DNA of 64,000 nt from Gemmatimonadaceae bacterium. Its GTDB lineage: Bacteria > Gemmatimonadota > Gemmatimonadetes > Gemmatimonadales > Gemmatimonadaceae. Below, in pieces: positions 40,629 to 50,595 of this stretch. A model generated the notes under the pieces. That model saw only the letters and a program-made list of their open reading frames with translations, was not told the origin of the DNA and ran no database searches. A program made the translations under genes and the position numbers. Numbering within the stretch: position 1 is the first letter of the stretch; each line of letters opens with the position of its first letter. The DNA lies in assembly GCA_036508915.1 (NCBI GenBank), contig DATCGM010000044.1:1096-65095 (forward strand). Direction: 5' to 3'.

Positions 40629-42470
40629 ATGTATCGCCGCCTGCTGCGGTATCTACGGCCGCACTCCTGGCGGATGGTCGGCACCATCGCGTGCAACATC
40701 GTCGCCGCGGCGCTCGACGTGTTCTCGTTCACGCTGCTCGTTCCATTCCTGAACGCGCTGTTCGGTGCGCAGCAGCTCATCCCGCGCGCGTCGGCGAGCT
40801 GGGTGACGGGTCTGCAGGACCAGCTCGTCGGCAGATTCCTGAATCCGGCGGACCGGCTTGGCTCTGTGGCGACGATGATGATCGCCATCATGGCCATCGT
40901 TGCGCTGAAGAATGTGTTCGTCTGGCTCGCGGGGCAGCTCGGTGCGTCGCTCCAGGAGAATGTCACGCGCGATCTGCGCGACGACGTCTTCCGTCATCTG
41001 CAGCGCCTGCCGCTCGGCTACTTCCAGCACACCAAGACGGGTCAGATCATCTCGCGCGTGCTCTCGGACACGGAGCAGACGAAGGCGCTCATCACCGAGC
41101 TGGTCACGCGCACGTTGCAGAACCTCGCGCAGATCATCGGGACGATCATCATCCTGCTGAACTACTCGGTGCGACTCACCTTCATCGCGCTCGTCATCGC
41201 GCCGCTGCTCACGCTCTTGCTCCAGCCCGTGCTGCGCAAGCTGCGGAAGGGGCATCGCCGGCTTCGCGGCGACTACGGTGAGATCGCGAGTGTGCTGCAG
41301 GAGGTGGTGAGCGGAATTCGCCTCGTGAAATCGTTTCGCGGTGAGCCGTACGAGGACGCGCGCTTCTCCGCGGCGAGCGGACGCTACTCCACGGGGATGG
41401 TGCGCATCACTCGCGTCGCCGCGCTGTCACAGCCGATGACGGAGCTGATTGGAACCTCCGTCGCCATGCTCATTCTCTGGGTCGGTGCGCGTGAGGTGCT
41501 CCTCGGCGCCGGGACCATGGACAGCGCCACACTCATCACCTTCATGATCATGGTGATGCGGCTCCTGCCGCCGCTCAAGCAGCTGTCGCAGGCACCGACG
41601 ACCGCACAGCAGTCGTTCGCATCCGCCGAGCGACTGTTCGAGGTGCTGGATCTCCCGACCGAGGAGCAGACCGATCACGGCACCCGCAAGGTGTCGGCAC
41701 TTCGCGAATCACTGGCCTTCGAGAGGGTCTCCTTCTCGTATGGAGAGGATCTCGTGCTGCGGGACGTGAGTTTCGTCGCACGGCGGGGCCAGGTCGTGGC
41801 GCTCGTCGGTGCGAGCGGCGCGGGGAAGAGCACGCTGGTGGATCTCATTCCACGTTTTTACGAGCCGACGGCTGGCGCCATCTACCTCGATGGCGTGGAC
41901 ACGCGCGAGATCTCGCTCGCATCGCTCCGTGGCTTGACGGGGATCGTCAGCCAGGACACCGTGCTCTTCAACGACACGGTGCGCAACAACATCGCCTACG
42001 GGGCTTCGGAGCGGTTCACCGATGCGCAGGTCGAGGCAGCGGCGCGCGCGGCCAATGCGCATACTTTCATCATGGAGCTTCCCGAAGGATATGGAACCGT
42101 CCTCGGGGAGCGCGGCACACGGCTCTCGGGTGGACAGCGGCAGCGGCTGGCCATCGCGCGGGCGCTGCTCACCGATCCGCCGATTCTGATTCTCGACGAA
42201 GCCACATCGGCGCTGGATACCGAGTCGGAACGACTCGTGCAAGAAGCGATCGACCGCCTCCTCGCCGGCCGAACTGTCTTCGTCATCGCTCACCGCATCT
42301 CAACCGTCGTGAACGCAGACCAGATTCTCGTCCTCGACCGCGGCGAGATCATCGAGCGCGGCGCGCACGCCGAACTGCTCGCGCGGCGCGGTACCTACCA
42401 TCGCCTGCACGCCGCGCAGATGCGGCGCAGCGAAGGTGACGCCGCATCCGTTCTTTCCGGTGCGTCCTAA
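40629..42470 (+). CDS. ABC exporter, fused permease/ATPase (MsbA-like)
   Basis: Six-TM N-terminal half. Walker A GASGAGKST, signature LSGGQRQRLAIARAL, Walker B ILILDEATSALD. Confidence 0.85.
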   Translation: MYRRLLRYLRPHSWRMVGTIACNIVAAALDVFSFTLLVPFLNALFGAQQLIPRASASWVTGLQDQLVGRFLNPADRLGSVATMMIAIMAIVALKNVFVWLAGQLGASLQENVTRDLRDDVFRHLQRLPLGYFQHTKTGQIISRVLSDTEQTKALITELVTRTLQNLAQIIGTIIILLNYSVRLTFIALVIAPLLTLLLQPVLRKLRKGHRRLRGDYGEIASVLQEVVSGIRLVKSFRGEPYEDARFSAASGRYSTGMVRITRVAALSQPMTELIGTSVAMLILWVGAREVLLGAGTMDSATLITFMIMVMRLLPPLKQLSQAPTTAQQSFASAERLFEVLDLPTEEQTDHGTRKVSALRESLAFERVSFSYGEDLVLRDVSFVARRGQVVALVGASGAGKSTLVDLIPRFYEPTAGAIYLDGVDTREISLASLRGLTGIVSQDTVLFNDTVRNNIAYGASERFTDAQVEAAARAANAHTFIMELPEGYGTVLGERGTRLSGGQRQRLAIARALLTDPPILILDEATSALDTESERLVQEAIDRLLAGRTVFVIAHRISTVVNADQILVLDRGEIIERGAHAELLARRGTYHRLHAAQMRRSEGDAASVLSGAS

Positions 42471-42473
42471 CCG

Positions 42474-43562
42474 ATGCGCACCCTGTTCTATCACACCTCG
42501 GCGCACTGGTCCGGATCCTCGCGCGCCTTCGCCGTCGCGGCGCGCGGCCTCGCGGCGCGCGGAGAGCCGGTGACCGTTGTGTGCCGGCAGGGATCGTCGG
42601 CCGAGCTCGGATTCGTCCAGGAAGGGCTTGACGTCGTTCCGGTGCCACCAGCGGCGACGGTCACTCGCGATGCCTGGCGGCTGCGCGCCGTCCTGAAGGA
42701 AAAGTTCATCGAAGTGGTCTTTCTTCACACGGAGCGCGAGCATCTCGTCGCAAGCTCGGCGATGCGGCTGGCCGAGCGTGGAGCGGTGATTCGGCGCATA
42801 CCGGCCGGCGGCAACGCGACGAGCGGACGATCGGGCAAGCTCGCGGATCGCATGGCGACATCGCGGATTCTCTTTACGACCGCGTCCGACCGCGACCGCT
42901 CGGGACTTGGCGATCGCGCCATGATCGCGCCACTCGGCGTGGATGTCGCGAAGGTTCAGGACGCTCGCGCTGAGGCGCGCAGCACGCTCGGCATGACCGA
43001 CGCGACGCAGCTCATCGTCTGCGTCATCGACAGCCGCGCGGGAAGCCGCGTGACGACCGCGATGCGTACGCTCGCCCTTCTCGCGGAGCGTCACCCGGAG
43101 TTGCGACTGGCGCTCGTCGGGCGCTCCACTGACGCGGACGACATGCGCATGCACGCTGCGGCACTCGGCGTCACGTCGCTCGTGCGCTTTCTCGGCGAGC
43201 GCACCGACATGCCGAAGGTGCTCGCCGCGGCGGATGTCGGGTGGGTTGCCGCTGAGGGCGATGATGGCGGCTTTGCGTGCCTCGACTTCATGGCGGCGCG
43301 AGTGCCCGTCATTGCCGAGCGGTCATCGCTCGTCTCGCACTTCGTGCCGGACGGCATCGCGGGAGTGCTTCTTCCTCCTGCCGATCCGAGCGACACGGCG
43401 TCGGCGGTCGCGCGCTTTCTCGCGGATGACGACACGCGCATCGCGATGGGCAAGGCCGGCTACACGCGCGCGCAGCGCGATTTTCGCGAGGAGACCATGA
43501 TCGACGGGTTCGCTGCCGCCGCGAATGCCGGTGGCGACAGGTCGCTCTGGGCGGCGCGGTGA
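42474..43562 (+). CDS. GT-B glycosyltransferase (family 4-like)
   Basis: C-terminal half has the GT4 pattern (FLGERTDMPKVLAAADV...EGDDGGFACLDFMAARVPVIA). Only 3 nt after the ABC gene stop. Confidence 0.75.
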   Translation: MRTLFYHTSAHWSGSSRAFAVAARGLAARGEPVTVVCRQGSSAELGFVQEGLDVVPVPPAATVTRDAWRLRAVLKEKFIEVVFLHTEREHLVASSAMRLAERGAVIRRIPAGGNATSGRSGKLADRMATSRILFTTASDRDRSGLGDRAMIAPLGVDVAKVQDARAEARSTLGMTDATQLIVCVIDSRAGSRVTTAMRTLALLAERHPELRLALVGRSTDADDMRMHAAALGVTSLVRFLGERTDMPKVLAAADVGWVAAEGDDGGFACLDFMAARVPVIAERSSLVSHFVPDGIAGVLLPPADPSDTASAVARFLADDDTRIAMGKAGYTRAQRDFREETMIDGFAAAANAGGDRSLWAAR

Positions 43563-44482
43563 CAGCTCCGACACTCTCGCACTATGCGGAGTACTACGCA
43601 CTGCGGGGTGTCGTCGGTGTAATGCGCCGGCTCAGCCTCAAACGAGCAGGAGCTATCGGTGAGTGGCTTGGCCGGCTCGCATATCGCCCCTTCGGCATAC
43701 GTCGCGACGTCGTGGAGCGACAGGTTCGCGCCGCATTCCCCGGACTCGCCGAACCAGAAGTATTGCGAATCGCCCGCGAGTCGTATGGCCACCTTGGACG
43801 AACGAGCATCGAAGCAGCGCTCCTGCAGTCCTACCCGCGCGACATATTGCTCGGACTCTTCGACAGCGTGGACGGCTTGGATGTGTTCGAGCGCGCGCTC
43901 TCTGCTGGCCGAGGCGTGATGATCGTCACTGGCCATCTCGGCAACTGGGAGCTTGGCGGCTCGTTCATTGCCACGCGCGGCCGCGGGATCAACGCGGTTG
44001 CCCGAGGAATGCAGAATCCGCTCTTCGATCGCTATCTCACGGAAACCCGCCGCCAGCTCGGCATGACGGTCATCCATGATTCCGAGGCCGTTCGCCGGGT
44101 TCCCCGCATCGTGCGCGCGGGGGGAGTGGCTGGCTTCCTCTTCGACCAGGGCGCCGTTGGACTTGCGTCCACCTGGGTTCCGTTCTTTGGGCGATGGGCA
44201 AAGACGCCGCGCGGTCCTGCAGTGTTCGCACTTCGGCTTGACGCACCGCTGATATTCGCCGCTGCGATTCGGCAGGCCAATGGTCAATACGCAATGCACT
44301 TCGAGGACATACCGGTGACGCGGACCGGCGACCGTGAGGCCGATGTGGACGCCATCGTTGCCTCGTATACCAACACGCTCGAACGGTGGGTGCGCCGATA
44401 TCCCGAGCAGTATTTCTGGCAGCATCGTCGCTGGAAGCATCAGCGGCCTGGAACGCCACCCGAGTTGGGAGATCCTTCATGA
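43559..44482 (+). CDS. Lipid A late acyltransferase family protein (LpxL/HtrB-like)
   Basis: VTGHLGNWELGG (HX4E/D acyltransferase motif) and YPEQYFWQHRRWK at the C-terminus, typical of this family. GTGA overlap with the glycosyltransferase gene. Confidence 0.8.
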   Translation: MTAPTLSHYAEYYALRGVVGVMRRLSLKRAGAIGEWLGRLAYRPFGIRRDVVERQVRAAFPGLAEPEVLRIARESYGHLGRTSIEAALLQSYPRDILLGLFDSVDGLDVFERALSAGRGVMIVTGHLGNWELGGSFIATRGRGINAVARGMQNPLFDRYLTETRRQLGMTVIHDSEAVRRVPRIVRAGGVAGFLFDQGAVGLASTWVPFFGRWAKTPRGPAVFALRLDAPLIFAAAIRQANGQYAMHFEDIPVTRTGDREADVDAIVASYTNTLERWVRRYPEQYFWQHRRWKHQRPGTPPELGDPS

Positions 44483-45357
44483 ACGAGCGAGCGTCACGGG
44501 CGCTTCGTGGCGATGGCCGCGCCTGGTTCGGCGTGAGCGTCGTCGTGCTCATCGTGCTATTGGCGGTGCTCGCGCCGCTCGTGTCGCATCATGATCCGAT
44601 ACGCATCGATCTCGTCAATCAGCTTCAAGGCCCGTCGACGGCGCACTGGCTCGGCACCGACATTCAGGGTCGCGATGTCTGGGCGCGTCTGGTGTATGGA
44701 GCGCGCGTCTCGCTCACGGCGGGGATCGTGTCGCAGGCGATCGCCCTGCTCATCGGACTGACGATGGGTTTGGTGGCCGGCTACTACGGCGGATGGATCG
44801 ACGAGATCGTGATGCGTCTCGCCGATGTGACGCTCGCGTTTCCGACGCTTCTTCTACTCATCGCCATGGCGGCTGCACTGCAGCCCTCGCTCGGCGTCGT
44901 TTTCCTCACGATCGGCATCGTGGGATGGGCGGGGATGGCGCGCCTCGTTCGAGGCCAGGTGCTCGTCGTGCGCCAGCTCGAGTTCGTGCAGGCGTCCAGG
45001 GCGCTCGGCGCGCGCGACACTCGCGTCGTGCTGCAGCACGTGCTCCCCAGCGTCGTTGCGCCGGTGCTCATTGCCGTGACGCTCGGTGTTGCGGCGGCGA
45101 TCATGGCCGAGTCGGCGCTGTCATTCCTCGGGCTTGGCGTGCAGCCGCCAACCCCGAGCTGGGGGTCGATGATCGCCGACGGTCGCGATCTGAATCAGTT
45201 GCGGAACGCACCATGGACGTCGGTTGCACCGGGGCTCGCGATCGGCGTCGCGGTGCTCGGCTTCAACCTGCTCGGCGACGCATTGCGCGACGCGCTCGAT
45301 CCGCGTCACGCCGCGAAGAGTGGCGCGATCGAAGCACCGCCGTCGGCGCGGACGTGA
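44479..45357 (+). CDS. Oligopeptide/dipeptide ABC transporter permease (OppC/DppC-like), with no partner genes nearby
   Basis: N-terminus LAPLVSHHDP..., GTDIQGRDVWARLVYGARVSL, and an EAA-like loop FVQASRALGARDTRVVLQHVLPSV. ATGA overlap with the acyltransferase gene. Confidence 0.85.
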   Translation: MNERASRALRGDGRAWFGVSVVVLIVLLAVLAPLVSHHDPIRIDLVNQLQGPSTAHWLGTDIQGRDVWARLVYGARVSLTAGIVSQAIALLIGLTMGLVAGYYGGWIDEIVMRLADVTLAFPTLLLLIAMAAALQPSLGVVFLTIGIVGWAGMARLVRGQVLVVRQLEFVQASRALGARDTRVVLQHVLPSVVAPVLIAVTLGVAAAIMAESALSFLGLGVQPPTPSWGSMIADGRDLNQLRNAPWTSVAPGLAIGVAVLGFNLLGDALRDALDPRHAAKSGAIEAPPSART

Positions 45358-45543
45358 GCGGTTTCGGGGAAGGCTACAGCGTCGTTCGTTGTCCAACACG
45401 AATCAAGCGAGTCCACGCGAATCTTCGCTGATCAACAACAAGAAGAGTGTGAAAGATTCGCGTAGATCCGTGGAGATTCGCCTGATTCACCCTTCTTCCG
45501 ATCAACGCCTTCAACGTCCCCGCAAACGCTTTCGAATCACGAA

Positions 45544-46686
45544 ATGACAATAGATACCGAACGGCTCAGGCGCGATGAGTTCGCGTGGATGGACGCTGGC
45601 AATACCATCTATCTGAACGCCGCGAGCACCGGGCCATCGCCGCGGCGGTCGATCGAGGCGCAGATGGATTTCACCCGGCGGCGCGCAACGCCGCACCTCG
45701 CGGGGTTCGACGATCAGTTCGGGACGCTCGACCGATGCCGCGCGCTCCTGGCAGAATTGATCGGCGCGAGCGCGGCCGAGATTGCCCTCGCGACCAATAC
45801 CGGTGCGGGAATCAATCTCGCCGCATGGGGTCTTCCACTCGGCCCGGGCGATGAGGTAGTGGTGCCCGATGGTGAGTTCCCGGCGAACATGTATCCATGG
45901 CTCGCCGCGGCGCAGTCTCGTGGATACGGCGTGCACGTCGTGCCGCTTCGCGATGGTGTGCTCGACGAGGCCGCTTTGCTCGCGGCGCTCGAGCGTCCCG
46001 GCGTTCGCGCGCTGTCGGTGTCGTGGGTCGGTTTTTCCTCCGGAGCGCGAGCGGATATCGACCGGCTCGGCGCCGCTTGCCGCGCCCGCGACGTCTATTT
46101 CGTCGTGGACGCGATTCAAGGGCTCGGCGCGTTGACGCTCGACGTGAAGAGGACGCCGGTGGACCTGCTCGCGTGCGGCGGACAGAAATGGCTTCTCTCG
46201 CCCTGGGGCACGGGCTTCACATACGTGCGTCGAGCGGTGTTGGAGTCGGTCACGCCGCAGCCGGTCAGCTGGATGGGCGTGCGTGACTCCGACGACTTTT
46301 CACGTCTGGCGAACTACGATCTCACCTGGCGCGACGATGCGCGCCGGTTCGAGCAAGTGACGCTTCCGTATCAGGACTTCGCCGGCATGGCGGAGAGCCT
46401 GGAGCTGTTGCGCGAGCTCGGCGCCGCCGCGGTGTCCTCGCACATCCACGCATCTGCGCATTGTCTGCTCGATGGTGCGCTGGCGCTGGGAATTCCACTC
46501 GTGACGCCGCATGGATTTCATGGCGGCATCGCCTCGGTCCGCCCCGGGGACGCGAAGTCCGCAAGCGCGCGGCTCGATGCCGCAGATGTGATTCATTCGG
46601 TGCGCGAAGGGACCATTCGGCTTGCGCCACACTGCTACACAAATGACGACGATCTCTCGCGGGCGTTGGATGCGCTTCGCGGATGA
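45544..46686 (+). CDS. Class V PLP-dependent aminotransferase/desulfurase-like enzyme
   Basis: IYLNAASTGP...DAIQGLGALTLDV...CGGQKWLLSPWGTGF (PLP lysine context), 380 aa. Confidence 0.8.
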   Translation: MTIDTERLRRDEFAWMDAGNTIYLNAASTGPSPRRSIEAQMDFTRRRATPHLAGFDDQFGTLDRCRALLAELIGASAAEIALATNTGAGINLAAWGLPLGPGDEVVVPDGEFPANMYPWLAAAQSRGYGVHVVPLRDGVLDEAALLAALERPGVRALSVSWVGFSSGARADIDRLGAACRARDVYFVVDAIQGLGALTLDVKRTPVDLLACGGQKWLLSPWGTGFTYVRRAVLESVTPQPVSWMGVRDSDDFSRLANYDLTWRDDARRFEQVTLPYQDFAGMAESLELLRELGAAAVSSHIHASAHCLLDGALALGIPLVTPHGFHGGIASVRPGDAKSASARLDAADVIHSVREGTIRLAPHCYTNDDDLSRALDALRG

Positions 46687-46744
46687 GTGTGTCAGCGCAC
46701 GGATAGGTTGATCGCGCACCCTTTCGCGAAAGCGATGGCGGCTG

Positions 46745-48037
46745 TCAGGCGCGCACTCGCAGGAGCGCGAAGTCCCGCTTTCCTTTGCCGATCACCACGT
46801 GCCCGCCTCGGAGAAGCGCTTCACTCGCCGACACGTGTCGATCAGGCATAGCGATCTTGCGCTTGTTCACCGAAACTGCGCCCTGTTCGAGCAGCCGCTT
46901 CGCCGCGCTGTTCGATGCGGCCAATCCCGACACCGTCAGCAGTTTCAGCACGTCATAGCGTGACGCGTCACTCTCACTCGCGAGTGATCGGGCCTCCACC
47001 TCGCTGAAGGGCGCCTCGGCGCGAAGGATCGCAAACGCATCGTCCGTGAGCTCGCGCGGATCGAGTCCGCCAAAAAAGAACGACGACACCTGCTCGGCGG
47101 CTTGCAGTGCGGCGTCGCCATGCACGCGGCGAGTCACGTCGCGCGCGAGCGCGCGCTGCGCGGCGCGCTGCTCGGGCGAGGACGCGGCAGCGGCATCGAG
47201 CGCCTCGATCTCCGCGCGGTCGAGCAGCGTGAAGAACCGCAGGTAGCGCCCCACGTCGCGATCTTCCGTGCCGAGCCAGAACTGATAGAACGCGTACGGC
47301 GACGTCCGCTCCGCGTCGAGCCACACGGCGCCCGCTTCGGTCTTGCCGAACTTGGCCCCCGACGAGCTCGTCACGAGCGGCACGGTGAGACCGTGCGCTT
47401 CCGCGCCATCGACGCGGCGAATCAGCTCGATGCCGGCGGTGATGTTCCCCCACTGGTCGCTGCCACCGAGCTGCAGCGTGACGCCGTCGCGGCGGCGGAG
47501 CTCGAGAAAGTCGTAGGACTGGAGCAGCATGTACGCGAACTCGGTGAACGAGATCCCGGCGTCCATGCGGGACCGCACCGAATCCTTCTGGAGCATGTAG
47601 TTCACGGTGAAGTGCTTTCCCGTGTCGCGCAGGAACTCCACCATCGTCAGCGGCGTGAGCCACACCGCATTGTCGCGCATGCGTGCGGCGCTCGGGCCCG
47701 TGAAGTCGAGAAACCGCTCGAGCTGCGCCCGAATCGCGGCCGAGTTCGCCGCCACCTGCTCAGGGGTGAGAAGCTGGCGCTCGACGGTTTTGCCGCTCGG
47801 GTCGCCGATCAACCCCGTTCCACCACCTACGAGCGCCACCGGCTTATGGCCGTGCCGCTGCAGGTGCACGAGGACCATGATGACGAGCAGGCTCCCAACG
47901 TGCAGGCTGCTCCCGGTGGGGTCGAATCCGATGTACGCCGATGCAGCGCCCTTGGCGAGCGCCTCGGGGACCCCTTCGGTGTACTGATAGACCAGCCCTC
48001 TCCACTCGAGTTCCTCGAGCACGCCTGTCGTCCGCAT
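46745..48037 (-). CDS. tyrS: Tyrosine-tRNA ligase
   Basis: GFDPTGSSLHVGSL (HIGH-type), KFGKTE (KMSKS-type) and a C-terminal S4 domain. Confidence 0.95.
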   Translation of the reverse strand: MRTTGVLEELEWRGLVYQYTEGVPEALAKGAASAYIGFDPTGSSLHVGSLLVIMVLVHLQRHGHKPVALVGGGTGLIGDPSGKTVERQLLTPEQVAANSAAIRAQLERFLDFTGPSAARMRDNAVWLTPLTMVEFLRDTGKHFTVNYMLQKDSVRSRMDAGISFTEFAYMLLQSYDFLELRRRDGVTLQLGGSDQWGNITAGIELIRRVDGAEAHGLTVPLVTSSSGAKFGKTEAGAVWLDAERTSPYAFYQFWLGTEDRDVGRYLRFFTLLDRAEIEALDAAAASSPEQRAAQRALARDVTRRVHGDAALQAAEQVSSFFFGGLDPRELTDDAFAILRAEAPFSEVEARSLASESDASRYDVLKLLTVSGLAASNSAAKRLLEQGAVSVNKRKIAMPDRHVSASEALLRGGHVVIGKGKRDFALLRVRA

Positions 48038-48129
48038 GGCACAAAAATAGACAAGGGAGAGGGGATTGTCAGGCTGGCGCCTTGGTGCGAGCCGCCGCCG
48101 CGCGTTAACCTTCCCGAGTTCGGTCCGGC

Positions 48130-50595
48130 GTGGCGTCCGTCACCTGGTCCTCCGCTCTCTTTCGACGGTCGATGGACCTCCCGTTCTCGAAGAATTTTCG
48201 CCGCCGGCATCCCAAGCTCTCGCGCGGACTCGGCGTTGGTCTCGTCTTCGGCACCGCGTTCGTCACCGGGTTCGGCTACGCGAGCTGGGCCCTCGTGTGT
48301 CGGGCGGGCGCCTGCCCGTCGGTCGACGTCCTCGACGAGTACCAGCCGCGACAGACCTCGAAGCTGTACGCCGCGGACGGCCGATTCATCGCCGAGCTCG
48401 GCCTCGAGCGCCGCACGCTCCTCAAGATCGATCAGATCCCGCCTCTGCTTCGGAATGCGTTCGTTCTCACCGAGGACAAGCGTTTCTACAGCCACAAAGG
48501 CGTGGACTTCATACGCATCCCGGGCGCGATCTACGCCGACCTCAAGAAGCGCAGCTTCGCCGAGGGCTTCTCGACGATCACCATGCAGCTCGCGCGCAAT
48601 ATCTTTCCGGAGCGTCTCTCGCGAGAGAAGTCGCTCGTGCGAAAGCTGAAGGAGGCGAAGGTTGCCCGCGCCATCGAAGCGAAGTACTCGAAGGACAAGA
48701 TCCTCGAGCTCTACCTGAATCAGATCTCGCTCGGCAACGGCTCGTTCGGGGTCGAGACGGCGGCGCAGCGGTATTTCGGCAAATCGGCGAAGGACCTCAA
48801 TCTGGCGGAAGCCGCGACGCTGGCCGGGTTGCCGAAAGCGCCCGAGCGGTACAACCCGCGGCGCTTTCCCGAGCGCGCGATTCAGCGGCGCAACACGGTC
48901 ATCGAGATCATGCGCTCCGAGGGCGGAATCAGCGACGCCGACGCGAGCCTGGCAAGCGCGTATCCGCTTCAGCTCGCACGCAAGTCCGAAGCGGGAGACG
49001 TCGCGCCCTACTTCGTCGAGCTGGTGCGCCAGCAGCTCGAGAATCAGTTCGGGCAACGGCTCTACGAGCAGGGACTCAAGGTCTTCACCACGCTCGACGT
49101 CGATCTCCAGTCCGCGGCCGAGCGTGCGCTCGAGAATCAGCTGAAGCGAATCGAGTCGGGCAGCTACGGCGCCTACAGCCATCCGTCGTTCGAGTCGTAT
49201 CTCTCGCGGGCCTCGGAGCGTGTGGGCGAGGCCGCAGCGGCGAACTCGCCCTATCTCCAGGGTGCGTTCATCGCGATGGATCCGCGTACCGGCGCAATTC
49301 GCGCGCTCGTCGGCGGACGGGATTTCGACGACTCCAAGTTCAATCGCGCCACGCAGGCACTGCGTCAGCCTGGCTCCACCTTCAAGCCCGTCGTCTACGC
49401 TGACGCGATTCAGAATGGACGTCCCCCCTCCTACATCGTCGACGATTCTCCGGTCACGGTGCCGCAGGGCAATGGATCCAACTGGACGCCGCAGAACTAC
49501 GACGGAAAGTTCGAAGGTCCGATGCCGATGCGTCGCGGACTCTATCAATCCCGCAACATCATCGCGATCAAGGTCGGCATGGAGCTCGGCACGCAGAGCG
49601 TCATCGACATGGCGCGCAAGTTCGGCATCACGACTCCCATCCCGCCCTATCCGTCGATCAACATCGGTGCCGCGGACGTGTACCCGATCGAGATGATCGC
49701 GGCATACTCTGCATTCGCGACGCTGGGTACTCGCGCCAGTCCGATTCCCATCGTTCGCGTCGAGAACGCGAAAGGCGATATCCTCTGGGAGCCGGCAGCG
49801 AACCGTGCGCCCGTGATGTCGCCGGAAGAGGCGTGGCTGATGGTCAGCATGATGAAGGACGTCGTGCGCAGGGGGACCGCCGCCGCCTCCGTCGGGAGCC
49901 AGTTCAGCTATCCCGCCGGTGGAAAGACGGGAACGACGAATGACGGCGCCGACGTCTGGTTCATCGGCTACACCTCCGATCTCGTCGCCGGCGTGTGGAT
50001 GGGGCTCGACAAGCCCGCGAAGATCAAGGGCAATGCGCAGGGAGGCGCGCTCGCCGCTCCCGCATGGACCGCGTTCATGCGCGAGGTCTACCGCCGCAAG
50101 CCTGCTCCGCCGGACTGGCCGCGGCCGGAAGGCATCGTCGTTCGCGACATCGATCCGGCCACCGGCCTGTTGGCCGGCGCAGGATGCTCGGGCAGCGTCA
50201 GTGAGTACTTCATCGCGGGAACCGATCCCACGCAGACGTGCGTTCCTACCGGCTACGGCGCGCCTCCCGACACGACCGGCGCCCGAATCGATACGTCGTT
50301 CGGATTTCCGCCGGTCGGATCACCGCCGCCGCGCCGGGCGCCTGGGGCGACGCCGTTCCCGGACGCGACTCGCCCGCGGATGTCCGACTCGACGGTGTTC
50401 TCGCGTCCGTCTCGCGTAACGCCGGGAGCGATGATCACGCCCGGTTCGACGCCAGTGCCGCGAGCCTCGATTCCGACGCGCAACTCGATCGGCGACTCCC
50501 TGCGTTTGCCGAGCGACACCTCTCGCCCGCGCCCCGATATGACGCGTGCTCCGCGCGGCACGACCAACCCATTCAATATCCCACCGCGTCAATGA
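48130..50595 (+). CDS. mrcA: Penicillin-binding protein 1A (bifunctional glycosyltransferase/transpeptidase) with a Pro-rich C-terminal tail
   Basis: GT51 motifs EDKRFYSHKGVD and TITMQLARN. Transpeptidase motifs STFKP, SRN and KTGTT. The start could instead be the internal ATG at 48172. Confidence 0.9.
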   Translation: MASVTWSSALFRRSMDLPFSKNFRRRHPKLSRGLGVGLVFGTAFVTGFGYASWALVCRAGACPSVDVLDEYQPRQTSKLYAADGRFIAELGLERRTLLKIDQIPPLLRNAFVLTEDKRFYSHKGVDFIRIPGAIYADLKKRSFAEGFSTITMQLARNIFPERLSREKSLVRKLKEAKVARAIEAKYSKDKILELYLNQISLGNGSFGVETAAQRYFGKSAKDLNLAEAATLAGLPKAPERYNPRRFPERAIQRRNTVIEIMRSEGGISDADASLASAYPLQLARKSEAGDVAPYFVELVRQQLENQFGQRLYEQGLKVFTTLDVDLQSAAERALENQLKRIESGSYGAYSHPSFESYLSRASERVGEAAAANSPYLQGAFIAMDPRTGAIRALVGGRDFDDSKFNRATQALRQPGSTFKPVVYADAIQNGRPPSYIVDDSPVTVPQGNGSNWTPQNYDGKFEGPMPMRRGLYQSRNIIAIKVGMELGTQSVIDMARKFGITTPIPPYPSINIGAADVYPIEMIAAYSAFATLGTRASPIPIVRVENAKGDILWEPAANRAPVMSPEEAWLMVSMMKDVVRRGTAAASVGSQFSYPAGGKTGTTNDGADVWFIGYTSDLVAGVWMGLDKPAKIKGNAQGGALAAPAWTAFMREVYRRKPAPPDWPRPEGIVVRDIDPATGLLAGAGCSGSVSEYFIAGTDPTQTCVPTGYGAPPDTTGARIDTSFGFPPVGSPPPRRAPGATPFPDATRPRMSDSTVFSRPSRVTPGAMITPGSTPVPRASIPTRNSIGDSLRLPSDTSRPRPDMTRAPRGTTNPFNIPPRQ

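Noticed and set aside
46687-46744. Terminator between the convergent class V aminotransferase and tyrS genes (12-bp palindrome CTTTCGCGAAAG)
   Set aside because: The stem is short (4-5 bp effective) and has no U-tract on either strand, which is too weak to call.
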